Shown one piece after another: positions 1 to 9,805 of a stretch of DNA of 64,000 nt (position 1 is the first letter of the stretch; every line of letters begins with the position of its first letter). Below the pieces are notes generated by a model. It was not told the origin of the DNA and did no database searches. It was given only the letters and a program-made list of their open reading frames with translations. Position numbers and translations under genes: made by a program. This DNA is from an uncultured Desulfarculus sp. Lineage in GTDB: Bacteria; Desulfobacterota; Desulfarculia; Desulfarculales; Desulfarculaceae. Where the stretch lies: assembly GCA_963665125.2 (NCBI GenBank), contig CAXXUK010000002.1, positions 576,001 to 640,000 of the forward strand, in the 5' to 3' direction.

Positions 1-1059
1 TTTGGCCGGGGAATAGCCTCGGCCCCAGGCAAATAGACCGGCGACGACCGCCAGAATGGGGCCGAACAAACCGCCGATTTCGCTGAGACGGGCGGCCACT
101 TCATATTGGCCGAAAGTGCCGGCAAACGACAGTAGAGCACCCAATGCCTGGGTTGCGTAAAGCAGCTTGTGAATGAGCGGATTGTTGCCTTTGGTATTGA
201 GAAAGACGCGAATAAACCAGGCACTAAAGAAAATCACGCTGCCCAATGAAATCCAAGTGAAGCGCGGCAATAGTATTTGAATACCCAGCGCGGCGGCATG
301 CCCGTTTTCCAGGACCAGATTGATGACAAAGGACAAAATGTAGCAGACATAAAGCAGGTAGACGTTTTCGCGCAGTGAAATGAAGAGAAAGAAATTATAT
401 ATCCCCAATGCCAGCAAGGTTCCGTAGATCACGCCGAAAAACATGGAAGCTAAAGTGGTGGATTCGGCCAGGGCCACGGGAGACAACAAGCTCAGGCGGA
501 AAATCTGGGGCGCTTGGTCATGAACGCGAATGTAATAGGTGGTGGTTTGGCCCGGCGCGGGCCAAAGGCTAAAAACGAATGTGCGCAAACCGTACGGCAT
601 TTTGTCGGCTTGGCCGTTGATACCGCTGGCGATGGTTTCATAGCCGCCGGGGGTTCCGGCCTCTGGGATATAGATGTCCAGGTGTAACAATGAGGTGGCT
701 TGGACATTTAAAAGCCAGCGCATGATGGTGGTGTGGTCGCTGAGACAGCCCCGGAGAGAAAAACGGATCCAAATACAGCTGTTGGGCGTTAATGATATCC
801 TGGGTGAATTATTGGCTCTGAACCTGGCCGCCATGTCCGGCGCGGATACCTGGGCGATGGTCAGTTCGCTCGACGGGTCTTCAAGTATCCGGGCCGCCGA
901 GGCTATGTCGTATTGACGGCCCTCGGGTTCCAGCAACAGGGCCGCGGCATTGGCCGAGCCTGGCTGGACAGCGGCAAAAAACAGCACCAGCGCCAGAATT
1001 GTCGCAAAACCCAGGCCTGTCGGCCGGAGGTTGGCATTTTCACGGATGGATGTGGTCAA
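1..1059 (-). CDS. 7TM-DISM receptor protein (extracellular DISM domain + membrane helices), runs off the window; output domain not visible
   Basis: Not in ORF track (no stop in window). Manual translation: signal/TM, then ILEDPSSELTIAQV...CIWIRFSL, then FFGVIYGTLLALGIYNFFLFISLRENVYLLYVCY...AWGRGYSPAK, typical of 7TM-DISM. TTG start at 1059 is tentative. Confidence 0.75.
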   Translation of the reverse strand, partial: MTTSIRENANLRPTGLGFATILALVLFFAAVQPGSANAAALLLEPEGRQYDIASAARILEDPSSELTIAQVSAPDMAARFRANNSPRISLTPNSCIWIRFSLRGCLSDHTTIMRWLLNVQATSLLHLDIYIPEAGTPGGYETIASGINGQADKMPYGLRTFVFSLWPAPGQTTTYYIRVHDQAPQIFRLSLLSPVALAESTTLASMFFGVIYGTLLALGIYNFFLFISLRENVYLLYVCYILSFVINLVLENGHAAALGIQILLPRFTWISLGSVIFFSAWFIRVFLNTKGNNPLIHKLLYATQALGALLSFAGTFGQYEVAARLSEIGGLFGPILAVVAGLFAWGRGYSPAK

Positions 1060-1158
1060 TGCTAGGTACTCACGGGTTACAAGAGAACTTATACGACCGA
1101 CTCAATCTGCCAGATTCGCCGCTACGGCGCAATAGCATATGAACCTTGGTCGGATGGA

Positions 1159-2298
1159 TTAATCCAAGGTCTGGCGGTAGCGCTTTACGGCCACGAAAAC
1201 CGCCACCACCATGAACAGCGCGATGGGCCAGATGTGGGGCAGGGCCTCGGCAAAGCCATTTCCCTTGAGCAGGATGCCCCGGATCAGGCGCAGGTAGTGG
1301 GTCAGGGGCAGGGCTTGGCCGATATACTGGGCCCATACCGGCATGCCCCGGAAGGGAAACATGAAGCCCGACAGCAGGATCGACGGGAGAAAGAAGAAAA
1401 AGGCCATCTGCACGGCCTGGAGCTGATTCTGGGCGATGGTCGAAAAAGTGAGCCCCACGGCCAGGTTGGCGGCGATGAAAATGATCGAGGAAATATACAA
1501 CAGCCATAGGTTGCCCAGAAACGGCACCTGGAACAGCAGCTTGGCCGCCAGCATGATCAGCGAGATCTGCACGTAACCTACAAGAATGTATGGCACCAGT
1601 TTGCCCAGGATCACCTCCAGGGGCCGCACCGGCGTGGTCAGCAGATTTTCCATGGTGCCCCGTTCGCGCTCCCTGGTCATGGCCAGGCCGGTGATGATCA
1701 CCAGGGTCATCGACAGCACCACGCCCATCAGGCCGGGCACGATGTTGTACTGGGTCTCGCCCTCGGGGTTGTAGGCCTTGTGGATCACCACCTGGATGGG
1801 GCTTTGGCTCTGGAGCAGGTTGGTCAGTGGTCCGGTCAGGTCCCGTTTTAATGCGTCCGAGGAAAGCTGGGTCAGGGAACTCAGGGCGTTGCCCACGGCC
1901 GCCGGGTCTGTGGCGTCGGCCTCGATGAGCACCGTGGGCCGCTGACCCCTGGCCAGGCGCCGGGAGAAATCCACCGGTATGTTGACTACGAACTGCACGT
2001 CGCCCAGGGCCAGGGCCCGTTGTCCTTGTTCTTCCTTGTCGTATTCGGCCACGAAATCAAAGTATGTGCTGTTTTTCATGGCCTCCAGCAGAGTCCGGGA
2101 AAAATGGCCCTTGTCGGCGTTGATTACCGCCGTGGGCAGATGACGGGGGTCGGAGTTGATGGCGTAGCCGAAGAGGATGAGCTGCATCAGGGGGATCATG
2201 ATCATCATGGCGAAGGTGATGCGGTCCCTGCGCATCTGCACGAATTCCTTGCGGATCATGGCCCAAAGGCGGCGGAAGGAAAAAGAGTATTTCTTCAC
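1159..2298 (-). CDS. ABC-2 type transporter permease (YbhR/YbhS-like)
   Basis: LWAMIRKEFVQMRRD...RERERGTMENLLTTP...LLSGFMFP; GTG start overlaps the ATPase stop (GTGA). Confidence 0.92.
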   Translation of the reverse strand: MKKYSFSFRRLWAMIRKEFVQMRRDRITFAMMIMIPLMQLILFGYAINSDPRHLPTAVINADKGHFSRTLLEAMKNSTYFDFVAEYDKEEQGQRALALGDVQFVVNIPVDFSRRLARGQRPTVLIEADATDPAAVGNALSSLTQLSSDALKRDLTGPLTNLLQSQSPIQVVIHKAYNPEGETQYNIVPGLMGVVLSMTLVIITGLAMTRERERGTMENLLTTPVRPLEVILGKLVPYILVGYVQISLIMLAAKLLFQVPFLGNLWLLYISSIIFIAANLAVGLTFSTIAQNQLQAVQMAFFFFLPSILLSGFMFPFRGMPVWAQYIGQALPLTHYLRLIRGILLKGNGFAEALPHIWPIALFMVVAVFVAVKRYRQTLD

Positions 2299-3218
2299 GG
2301 CTTGGCCCCCGAGCGCTGCATCAGGTCGATGAATACCTCCTCCAGGCTGGTCTCCACCTCCCGCCATTGCAGATCGCCGCTCATGAAAGGCCCGATGCTT
2401 TTTCTCAGGGCCGCCGCGTCCCGGCCGCTGACGTGCAGGGTGTTGCCAAAGGGCGCCACCTGGTCCACGCCGGGCAGTCCTTCCAACTGGCGGCCCAACT
2501 CGTACAGGTCGTCGCCGCTGACCGACCAGGTGGTCAAACTCTCGTCGGCGATGACCTCGTCCACCGTGCCTTTGGCCAGCAGATCGCCGTAGGCTATATA
2601 GCCCAGGCGGTTGCAGCGTTCGGCCTCGTCCATGTAATGGGTGGTGATCAGGGCGGTTATGCCCTCGCCGGTAAGGCGGTGGACATGGTCCCAGAACTCC
2701 CGGCGGGCCTTGGGGTCCACGCCGGCGGTGGGTTCGTCCAACAGCAACAGCTTTGGGCTGTGGATCAGACAGCAACCCAGGGCCAGGCGCTGTTTCCAGC
2801 CGCCGGACAGGGTGCCGGCCAACTGGTCGCGGTAGGGCTCCAGCTCCAGGCGCTCCAGCACGCCGTTACGGGCCTGGGCCACGTTGTTCATGCCGTAGAG
2901 CGAGGCCACGAAGTCCAGGTTTTCCGAAACAGTCAGGTCGGTGTAAAGGCTGAAATGCTGGGCCATGTAGCCCACTTGGGGCTTTATCAAATGGCTCTCG
3001 GTGATGATGTCGTGGCCCAGGCAGGTGCCGCTGCCTTCATCGGGCACCAGCAGGCCGCAAAGCATGCGTAAGAAGGTTGTTTTGCCGCTGCCGTTGGGTC
3101 CCAAAAAGCCGTAGATCTCGCCCTGGCGCACTTGCAGGTCCAGGCCATTGACCACGGTTTTTGGGCCGAAGCGCTTGGTCACCCCGTTGACGTTGATGAT
3201 TAGCTGGCTATTGGGCAC
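2295..3218 (-). CDS. ABC transporter ATP-binding protein (YbhF-like)
   Basis: Walker A GPNGSGKTT, signature LSGGWKQR, Walker B LLLLDEPT, TTHYMDEAE; start GTG 3218 estimated. Confidence 0.93.
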   Translation of the reverse strand: MPNSQLIINVNGVTKRFGPKTVVNGLDLQVRQGEIYGFLGPNGSGKTTFLRMLCGLLVPDEGSGTCLGHDIITESHLIKPQVGYMAQHFSLYTDLTVSENLDFVASLYGMNNVAQARNGVLERLELEPYRDQLAGTLSGGWKQRLALGCCLIHSPKLLLLDEPTAGVDPKARREFWDHVHRLTGEGITALITTHYMDEAERCNRLGYIAYGDLLAKGTVDEVIADESLTTWSVSGDDLYELGRQLEGLPGVDQVAPFGNTLHVSGRDAAALRKSIGPFMSGDLQWREVETSLEEVFIDLMQRSGAKP

Positions 3219-4188
3219 CGGCGGCGTCTCCGCCTTCGATGCGCACGTCAATGGGCTGGCCTGGATGAAGCGTCTTGGCCAGTTCCATCTCCGGCGTGGC
3301 CTCCACCATGAACATCAGCTTGTGCCTGTTGTTTACGCTGTAGATCACCGGCGGAGTGTACTCCACCTGGGGCGAGATATAGCTGATGGCCGCGGTCTGG
3401 CCTTTCGGGCAGCCATCGCAGCCAAAAGCGACCTTTTGCCCCAACTTGAGGGCCCCGGCCATGGTCTCGGGCACGAAAAAACGCAGCTTGACATCGCCCG
3501 GCGCCAACAGCTGCACCACCGGCGAACCGGCCGGAGCGTATTCGCCTATGGTGTAGAGCGTGTCAAAGACCAGCGATTCGGCGGCGGCATACTGGGTCTT
3601 TTGAGAGGCCCTCCATTGGGCCTGCTTGAGCTTTTCCCGGGCAGCCCCCAGAGCGTCGGTGGCGGCCTGAATTTCGTCTTCCCTGGCCCCCAGCCGGGCC
3701 GTGGCCAGTTGGGCCTCTATGTTTTTCACGGCGGCCTTGTCGGCCAGATACGCTGTGTGGTACTGGTCGTATTCGCTTTCCGGAATGGCTTTTTCCCTGT
3801 AGAGCTTCTTGCGCCTTAGATATTGCGTTTCGCTGAGCTTCAGTTTGCTCATGGCCTGGGATAGCTGGGCCTCGATGGCCTGGATCTCCGTGGGCCGGGA
3901 GCCCTTTTTCATATTGGCCAGGGTGGCCTCGGCCTGGGCCGCGCCGGCGGCGGCCTCTCGCACCGCGTCGGCCTCGGGCTGGGGCTCCAGGCTGAACAAC
4001 TCGGCACCCTGCTGCACCCTTTGGCCCCGCCGCACATGCAAAGACTCTACCCTGCCGCCCACCGGAGCGGCAACGAAGGTGAACTGGCCCTCGATATAGC
4101 CTTGCATTGTTCCATCGTCGTCAGGTTGGCAAGCGGAAGTGAGAATCAGGGCCGCGGCCAAAAGCGCGGCCGCCAGATATTTGGGCAT
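3208..4188 (-). CDS. HlyD-family membrane fusion protein (YbhG-like), probable lipoprotein
   Basis: LTSAC lipobox-like, lipoyl half GGRVESLHVRRGQRVQQG, coiled coil, ISPQVEYTPPVIYS; first gene of ABC operon. Confidence 0.9.
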   Translation of the reverse strand: MPKYLAAALLAAALILTSACQPDDDGTMQGYIEGQFTFVAAPVGGRVESLHVRRGQRVQQGAELFSLEPQPEADAVREAAAGAAQAEATLANMKKGSRPTEIQAIEAQLSQAMSKLKLSETQYLRRKKLYREKAIPESEYDQYHTAYLADKAAVKNIEAQLATARLGAREDEIQAATDALGAAREKLKQAQWRASQKTQYAAAESLVFDTLYTIGEYAPAGSPVVQLLAPGDVKLRFFVPETMAGALKLGQKVAFGCDGCPKGQTAAISYISPQVEYTPPVIYSVNNRHKLMFMVEATPEMELAKTLHPGQPIDVRIEGGDAAGAQ

Positions 4189-4363
4189 TTCGCTCTCCAG
4201 GGTGCTGTCTCATCACCAATATTCAGCTTAGCCCAACTTTGCCACGGCAGTCCACAAGCGCCTCAATTCGTCGCCTTTTTTTGATTTTTGGCCAATTTGT
4301 GCTACTGTTGCCGGACATTGCCGCCTCTCGGGGCGTTCCATACCAATCCGAAAGGAAGATTCC

Positions 4364-4783
4364 ATGAGTGAAGTAAAAGCCGGCGACAAGGTGCAGGTTC
4401 ATTACACCGGTAAGTTCGAGGACGGCGAAGTCTTTGACAGCTCCGACGGCCGCGAACCGCTGGCCTTCAGCGCCGGAGGACCGGAACTGATCCCCGGCGT
4501 GAGCAATGCTGTGGTGGGCATGAAGTTGGGCGACAAAAAGAGCGTGACCATCCAGCCCGAACAAGGTTACGGTCCGCGCAACGAAGATATGGTCCAGCAG
4601 GTGCCCATCGACCGCATGCCAGAGGGCGTCCAGGTGGGCATGCAGCTTCAGGCCCAGGTGGAGGACCAGGTGATTCCCCTGGTGGTGACGGCTATGACCG
4701 AAGAATATGCCGAGGTCGACGCCAACCACCCCCTGGCCGGCAAAGTGCTGGTGTTTGATCTCGAGCTGGTTTCCATTGACTAG
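4364..4783 (+). CDS. FKBP-type peptidyl-prolyl isomerase (SlyD/FkpB-like, no His-rich tail)
   Basis: GDKVQVHYTGKFEDGEVFDSS...VDANHPLAGKVLVFDLELV. Confidence 0.95.
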   Translation: MSEVKAGDKVQVHYTGKFEDGEVFDSSDGREPLAFSAGGPELIPGVSNAVVGMKLGDKKSVTIQPEQGYGPRNEDMVQQVPIDRMPEGVQVGMQLQAQVEDQVIPLVVTAMTEEYAEVDANHPLAGKVLVFDLELVSID

Positions 4784-4865
4784 TCTTGAAAACAGCAGAG
4801 GCTCCACCGAGCCTTTTCCCGGTGGGGCCCCTGCCGTACAATCCGGTTGGGGTTTTTAGCCTCCG

Positions 4866-4889
4866 ATGATGCCCGCCGGGGCATCATCC
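4866..4889. terminator. Perfect 10-bp hairpin downstream of the PPIase gene
   Basis: GATGATGCCC-GCCG-GGGCATCATC; no U-tract, so terminator role is uncertain. Confidence 0.4.
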
Positions 4890-5035
4890 GCTCCATTGCT
4901 CCCAAAAAACAATTGGTCATGAACTGGCTTCATTTTTTATTCTATGCCCCCGACGGAAGACATAGCAATAAAAATGCTAGGGTTTGGCGATATATCGTCA
5001 AATGGCTGTAATTAAAATAGATTTGGCGAGAGTGT

Positions 5036-5629
5036 ATGGCTGCTATTTTGGGAATAGGCGGCAGCCCGCGCAAAAACGGCAACTCGGCCGTTTTGCTGGA
5101 GGCCTTTCTGGACGGCGCGGCCCAGGCGGGCGCGGAAACCAGGATTTTTTACCTCAACGAGATAACCGTGCACCCCTGCCTTGGCTGCGAAAAATGCCGC
5201 CGCCATAAAAAATGCACCCGCCTGTTGGACGGCATGCAGGACATCTATCCGGAAATCGAAAAAGCCCAAGGTCTGGTCCTGGCCACGCCCGTGCACAACT
5301 ACAACGTCACCGCCCTGCTCAAGGCCTTTATCGACCGCCTGTATTGTTACTATGACTTCACCGACGAGCGCCCCAGAGGCTGGTCCAGCCGCCTTGCCGG
5401 TCAGGGCCGCCGGGCCGCCATCATCGGCGTATGCGAACAGACCGCCGCCGAGGGCATGGGCCTGACCATGGAAGCCATGCGCCTGCCGCTGACGGCCCTG
5501 GGTTATGACGTGGCTTATTCGCTGGAAGCCCATGAAGTCTTTGATCGGGGAGCCGTTAAAAACCAACCCGACGTCCTGGCCCGGGCAGTCCGCCTGGGCC
5601 GCGAGATGGCGCGGAGTTTGGGCGCCTAA
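5036..5629 (+). CDS. Iron-sulfur flavoprotein / NADPH-dependent FMN reductase family
   Basis: GSPRKNGNS, CLGCEKC-x5-C cysteine motif, LATPVHNY...LKAFIDRL. Confidence 0.88.
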   Translation: MAAILGIGGSPRKNGNSAVLLEAFLDGAAQAGAETRIFYLNEITVHPCLGCEKCRRHKKCTRLLDGMQDIYPEIEKAQGLVLATPVHNYNVTALLKAFIDRLYCYYDFTDERPRGWSSRLAGQGRRAAIIGVCEQTAAEGMGLTMEAMRLPLTALGYDVAYSLEAHEVFDRGAVKNQPDVLARAVRLGREMARSLGA

Positions 5630-5706
5630 AGCACACGGCCCAGCGCTCGGCAACATCACCATGTTTTTTCAGGATGGGCTGGACGGAATGGGCCAGGGTG
5701 CTGGTA

Positions 5707-5880
5707 TCAAACGGATTCCAGCTCTTCTTCGTTGAGCTTGCGGCCGCAATCCGGGCAATTGACGCACTCTTTATGCTCGTCATCAAAAAAGCGGCAGTGC
5801 CACCCAGACGCGCCGTGCAGATATTCGATCCATATCTGCTTGCCGCAGCGGCAATAGGCCGCCTGGGAGTAGACCGTCAC
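5707..5880 (-). CDS. 57-aa zinc-ribbon microprotein (not in ORF track)
   Basis: MTVYSQAAYCRCGKQIWIEYLHGASGWHCRFFDDEHKECVNCPDCGRKLNEEELESV; GTG start overlaps upstream stop (GTGA); CxC and CPDCG motifs. Confidence 0.7.
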   Translation of the reverse strand: MTVYSQAAYCRCGKQIWIEYLHGASGWHCRFFDDEHKECVNCPDCGRKLNEEELESV

Positions 5881-6392
5881 TTTTCTTCAATGGCCGCCGC
5901 GGGCCGGTAAACCGAACGGTGGGCGTTGAGCGAAGGCCGGTTGGCCGAAAGGTTGCGCTTGTGCCAGTCTTCGCTGAGGGTGAACGCCTCCTCGCCGTCG
6001 CGCGGACTTGAGGGGGTCAGAAATTCCTCGGCGATCCATTGCCGCACCAGGGCCTCGCCCTGCTCCTGGTCCAGACCCAGCACCCTGCTGATTTCCGGGA
6101 TGGTTATGCGGTCGTTTTCATTGAACATGGGCAGTACCCGCTTTTGCTGCTTGAGCAGCTTGCGCCGGGCCTCGTTGTCCAGACGGTCCTTGCGCCGGGT
6201 TTTGGTCTCCTGGGCCACCGGGCCGCCCTCTTTGAGGTAGGTATGCAGGTTGTTCAGAAAACCCTGCACCATCCAATCGCCCAGCAGGCCCGACTCGATC
6301 AGGCTGCTGGCCTGCATGGTCTGGGAAAATTCCCGCCACTGCTCATGGACCTTGTCACTTATTTGGATTTCAATGCGCGGCATATCGGCCAC
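5877..6392 (-). CDS. Hypothetical protein with possible C-terminal winged-helix domain
   Basis: ITIPEISRVLGLDQEQGEALVRQWIAEEFL resembles wHTH; GGAGG overlapping/adjacent to GTG start. Confidence 0.6.
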   Translation of the reverse strand: MADMPRIEIQISDKVHEQWREFSQTMQASSLIESGLLGDWMVQGFLNNLHTYLKEGGPVAQETKTRRKDRLDNEARRKLLKQQKRVLPMFNENDRITIPEISRVLGLDQEQGEALVRQWIAEEFLTPSSPRDGEEAFTLSEDWHKRNLSANRPSLNAHRSVYRPAAAIEEK

Positions 6393-6537
6393 CTCCCGGC
6401 TTGATTTTTACCATCAAGCGCTCCGGCGGTCCACTGGGCCATGGGCTTCCGCCCCACCGGGAAACAAGTTTGTTGTTTGTTTTTAGCCGGCAACGCGGGT
6501 AAAGATTGATAAGCATCAATTTGTCGGCGCGAAAGGG

Positions 6538-7665
6538 TTGCTCATGGACGATTCAATGGTGATTTGGCTGTACGGCTCAACGGAAAGCAGAAACCGGGCC
6601 GGGGAACTTCGCCTGGCCTTGGAAAAAAAGGCCCGCTGCCTGTTCCTGGGCCCTCCGGGCGATCCTCCGCCGGATCTGGACCTTGGCCCGGAGCCGGATT
6701 TGTCCTTGGCCCTGGCGACATGCCCGGACGGCCTGCGGCCCTCCGCGGTGATTATGCTCGATGGTTTGGATGATGTAGGCGGCGACGCGCTGCCGTGCCC
6801 GGTCATTGCCTGGGAAGGTTCGGTGCGGGACGTAATCGATGCCGTCCAAGACAAATTGGAAAATGGCCCGGATCTGCCCTGGCTGGAGCATGTGCAGGTG
6901 AACATGCCCCTGCGGGATCTGCTGGGGACTTACCGCGGCCTGGTCGAGGGCAGCACGGTCAATTTGGAAATCGGATTCGACGCCGAGGCCCTGGACTCCT
7001 TTGGCCCGGACGAGATCGCCCAGGCCAAGGCCCTGATCAGTGGCCGGAGGATCACGGCCCATCTGCCGTTCATCGATCTGGTTCCGGCCTCGACCGATCC
7101 CCTGGTGGCCGCCGTGGCCGCCAAGCGCCTGGGCGCGGCCGCCGAGTTGGCCGTGGAGTTCGGCGCCGTGCAGGCCGTGGGCCATCTGGGCTATTCCGAG
7201 GTCATGCACCGTGACTTGGAGGCATTTGCCGGGCTTTTCGCCGCCGCACTTACCCCCATCGCCCAAACCCTTGACGCGGGCGGCTGTCGTTTGTGCCTGG
7301 AAAACACCCTGGAGCTTTTTACCGCGCCCCTGGTGGGTTGCCGCCGGGCCTTGGCCAAGGCCTCGGGCCTGGCCATCGGTTTCTGCCTGGATACGGGTCA
7401 TGCGGTGAGCTTTTCCCGCACGCCCCTGGCCCAATGGTGGCATGCCTTTGCCCCGGATATCTGGGAGATGCATCTGCACGACAACGACGGCAGCGACGAC
7501 CTGCACCATCCGCCGGGCAGCGGCATAGTGGATTGGAGCTTCATCGCCGCCAAGCTGGCCGAATTGCCCCGTCTGCCGGTACTCACCCTGGAGCCGCACA
7601 CCGAGGCCCATTTCTGGGCGTCGCTGAGGGGCTTGGAGCGGGTGTGGGGCAGGCCGGGCCGTTGA
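6538..7665 (+). CDS. Sugar-phosphate isomerase/epimerase (AP endonuclease 2-type TIM barrel) with N-terminal extension
   Basis: HLPF, LCLENT, CLDTGH, HLHDNDGSDDLHHPPGSG, LTLE metal-binding motifs. Confidence 0.85.
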   Translation: MLMDDSMVIWLYGSTESRNRAGELRLALEKKARCLFLGPPGDPPPDLDLGPEPDLSLALATCPDGLRPSAVIMLDGLDDVGGDALPCPVIAWEGSVRDVIDAVQDKLENGPDLPWLEHVQVNMPLRDLLGTYRGLVEGSTVNLEIGFDAEALDSFGPDEIAQAKALISGRRITAHLPFIDLVPASTDPLVAAVAAKRLGAAAELAVEFGAVQAVGHLGYSEVMHRDLEAFAGLFAAALTPIAQTLDAGGCRLCLENTLELFTAPLVGCRRALAKASGLAIGFCLDTGHAVSFSRTPLAQWWHAFAPDIWEMHLHDNDGSDDLHHPPGSGIVDWSFIAAKLAELPRLPVLTLEPHTEAHFWASLRGLERVWGRPGR

Positions 7666-7722
7666 CGGCGGGGCCGGGCGGCCTAGTGTTGAATAGGCGG
7701 CAATAGTTGTCCGGAGGTTTGT

Positions 7723-8238
7723 TTGAGAGACTGGCGGCAAATAGTGGCAATGGTGTTGGCCGTGGCGGCGGGTGCGGCCCTTTTGGGCCTGGGCTACTGG
7801 TACGGCAGCGTAAGTTGCGGCCAAAGACTGGAGCAGGCCAAGGCCGACGCCGACCGCTTCAACCGCGAGGCGGCCAATCAAAAGGCCATAAACGCCAGGC
7901 TGCTGACTGAAATGGACCAGTTGCGCCAGGCCATGACAGCCACCAAGGCCAAGCCGACCCCAGACGCGGGCCAGGAGTTCGAGGACATAAAGGGCCGGGT
8001 CTTGCGGCGGGGTGAGGCGGCCCTGCTCTTGGGCGGCGATCTCATCGTCACCCTGGAAGCCATCGCCGACTATCCGCCAAGGGCCAGATTGCGTCTGCAA
8101 GACGCCGAGGGCCGCCGGGGCGTGGCCGTGCTGGAGCCGGGCGGCGAGGCCAAGATAAAGGCGGCAGGCCGGACCTACCGGTTGATCCTCAAGAAAGTGA
8201 CCACCGGATCGGTCATCATCGCCCTGTTGGCAGGCTGA
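7723..8238 (+). CDS. Hypothetical membrane-anchored protein
   Basis: N-terminal TM helix, coiled coil, beta-rich C-terminus; GGAGG RBS upstream. Confidence 0.65.
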   Translation: MRDWRQIVAMVLAVAAGAALLGLGYWYGSVSCGQRLEQAKADADRFNREAANQKAINARLLTEMDQLRQAMTATKAKPTPDAGQEFEDIKGRVLRRGEAALLLGGDLIVTLEAIADYPPRARLRLQDAEGRRGVAVLEPGGEAKIKAAGRTYRLILKKVTTGSVIIALLAG

Positions 8239-8242
8239 GGTT

Positions 8243-8506
8243 TTATTCCTCGCCGATTTTCAGATCTTCGCCGCTGATAATGGTTTCGTCCTTTTTCCAG
8301 GAAAATTCGATGGACAGTTTTTCCTTTTCCTTTTTCTGGGATACCTCCATCTCGAAATCAACAATACCGTCGGGCACCAGGGTTATGGCGTCGGCACCCA
8401 CGGCAATGTGCAGCTTGCCCTGCTTGAGGGAGGCCAACAGGTCCTCCAGATAGCCGCAGGCCTTGTTCAGCTCCATCAGTCCGTCGATCTTTATTTTCTT
8501 GCTCAT
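8243..8506 (-). CDS. Amphi-Trp domain protein
   Basis: YLEDLLASLKQGKL...LVPDGIVDFEMEV...KEKLSIEFSWKK (terminal Trp). Confidence 0.8.
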   Translation of the reverse strand: MSKKIKIDGLMELNKACGYLEDLLASLKQGKLHIAVGADAITLVPDGIVDFEMEVSQKKEKEKLSIEFSWKKDETIISGEDLKIGEE

Positions 8507-8563
8507 CGGTTTTTAATCTCCCCAAGCCCGGGCCGCCCCTTGGGTTCCCGGGTATTGCAAAGT

Positions 8564-9805
8564 CTAGAATATCGCCAGAAACTCGTTGTTATCGCCGCGC
8601 ACGCCAAGCAGGCCCCCGCCCGCGGAGGCAAGTGATGCGGCCAGCAGGTCCATGGGGCCGGCCTTGCCTAGCTTGAGTTTATCGGGCAGTCCACCGCCCC
8701 AAATGCGGAGTTGGCAGCCGCCGTCGGGCTGGGTGCCGATGCTCAGTTGCAAGGGAGCGAGCCGGGGCTCCTCGGCCTGCTCGTCAGGCGTTTCTTCGAC
8801 CGCGTGCTCGTCCGCGTCGTGGTCCTTTTTCTTGTTTTTCTTTTCTTTCTTTTTGGCCTTTTCGGCGTCCTTGGCCGGGTCCGACGACCAGCCCAGGCAG
8901 ATCAAGGCCCAGGCCGCGGCCAGGGCCCTGCCGATACTCAGACCGTCCGTGTCGATTTCCAGCTCCACCTCTGCTTCGGGCAGGGTGGCCGGAACGGCCC
9001 CGGCCAGCAGCCTGCACAGACCGGCGGAGTCCAAACGGTCGCTGCCGAGCAGATCGGCCTCGGCCTCCAATAGGCCCAGGAACTCGTCCTTTGCTCCGGC
9101 GGCCAGCCTTTCCTTTTTGCCCTGGGGCACCGGCGTACCGGCCGGACCGGCCAGCAACTCGGCGGCCAGCCGGGCCGTTAGCCCTTCCAGGGCCCAGGCC
9201 CTGGCCGGAGCGGAAGCCTGGTGCGGCGCTGGTTGGGGCTCCTTTTCAACCTCGACGATGCGCTCGATTATCACCGGCTCGGCCTCTTTGACGATCTCCA
9301 CGATGCGCTCGACCACTTCGGGCTCGGGCGGCGGCGGGGCCGGAAGTTCCAGGGTCGCGAAAAAGTAGCCTTCATCGAGCCCGGCGGCCTTGCCGAAAAA
9401 GCGGTTTATGACGATGTCCAGGCTGTCTCCGGCGGGGGTGATCAAGGTGCTGGGGTAGGTCTTGTTTTGCGAAGTCTTCACCTTGCGGCGGCCCAGGTTC
9501 TGGTCGCTGGCGCTGCCGAAGATATCTCGCCAGTTTTTCTTCGCCAAACCGGTCTGATCCAGGCCGCTGAGTTCGAAAAAGGCCGGATTGGCCCAGAGCA
9601 TTTCACCCAGCAGCGAGGCCACGCACACCGGCGCGGGCAGGTTTTCCAGGACCTCGGCCCGGCTCCAGCGGGGCTCGCTCTGGCCCAGAAAATCCAACAC
9701 ATCATCAGCTTGGCCGTTTTGGGGCTGGTCGGCGGCGGGCTGACCGTCTTCCCCGTCCTTGAGCCAAGTCAGTGGATCGGATCCCAAACGTTTGTCTTTG
9801 GTCAT
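8564..9805 (-). CDS. PAS-domain protein with degenerate histidine-kinase-like C-terminus; ParA-coupled
   Basis: VLENLPAPVCVASLLGEMLWANPAFFELSG (PAS); ATG overlaps ParA stop (ATGA); C-terminus resembles a decayed HATPase fold. Confidence 0.7.
   Translation of the reverse strand: MTKDKRLGSDPLTWLKDGEDGQPAADQPQNGQADDVLDFLGQSEPRWSRAEVLENLPAPVCVASLLGEMLWANPAFFELSGLDQTGLAKKNWRDIFGSASDQNLGRRKVKTSQNKTYPSTLITPAGDSLDIVINRFFGKAAGLDEGYFFATLELPAPPPPEPEVVERIVEIVKEAEPVIIERIVEVEKEPQPAPHQASAPARAWALEGLTARLAAELLAGPAGTPVPQGKKERLAAGAKDEFLGLLEAEADLLGSDRLDSAGLCRLLAGAVPATLPEAEVELEIDTDGLSIGRALAAAWALICLGWSSDPAKDAEKAKKKEKKNKKKDHDADEHAVEETPDEQAEEPRLAPLQLSIGTQPDGGCQLRIWGGGLPDKLKLGKAGPMDLLAASLASAGGGLLGVRGDNNEFLAIF

Noticed and set aside
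1159..2775. 538-aa permease as predicted
   Set aside because: First ~160 aa are an alternative frame of the ATPase; real start is GTG 2298
8243..8506. Amphi-Trp gene as evidence of a GAK system
   Set aside because: No ATP-grasp, HprK-like kinase or CofD-like genes in the window
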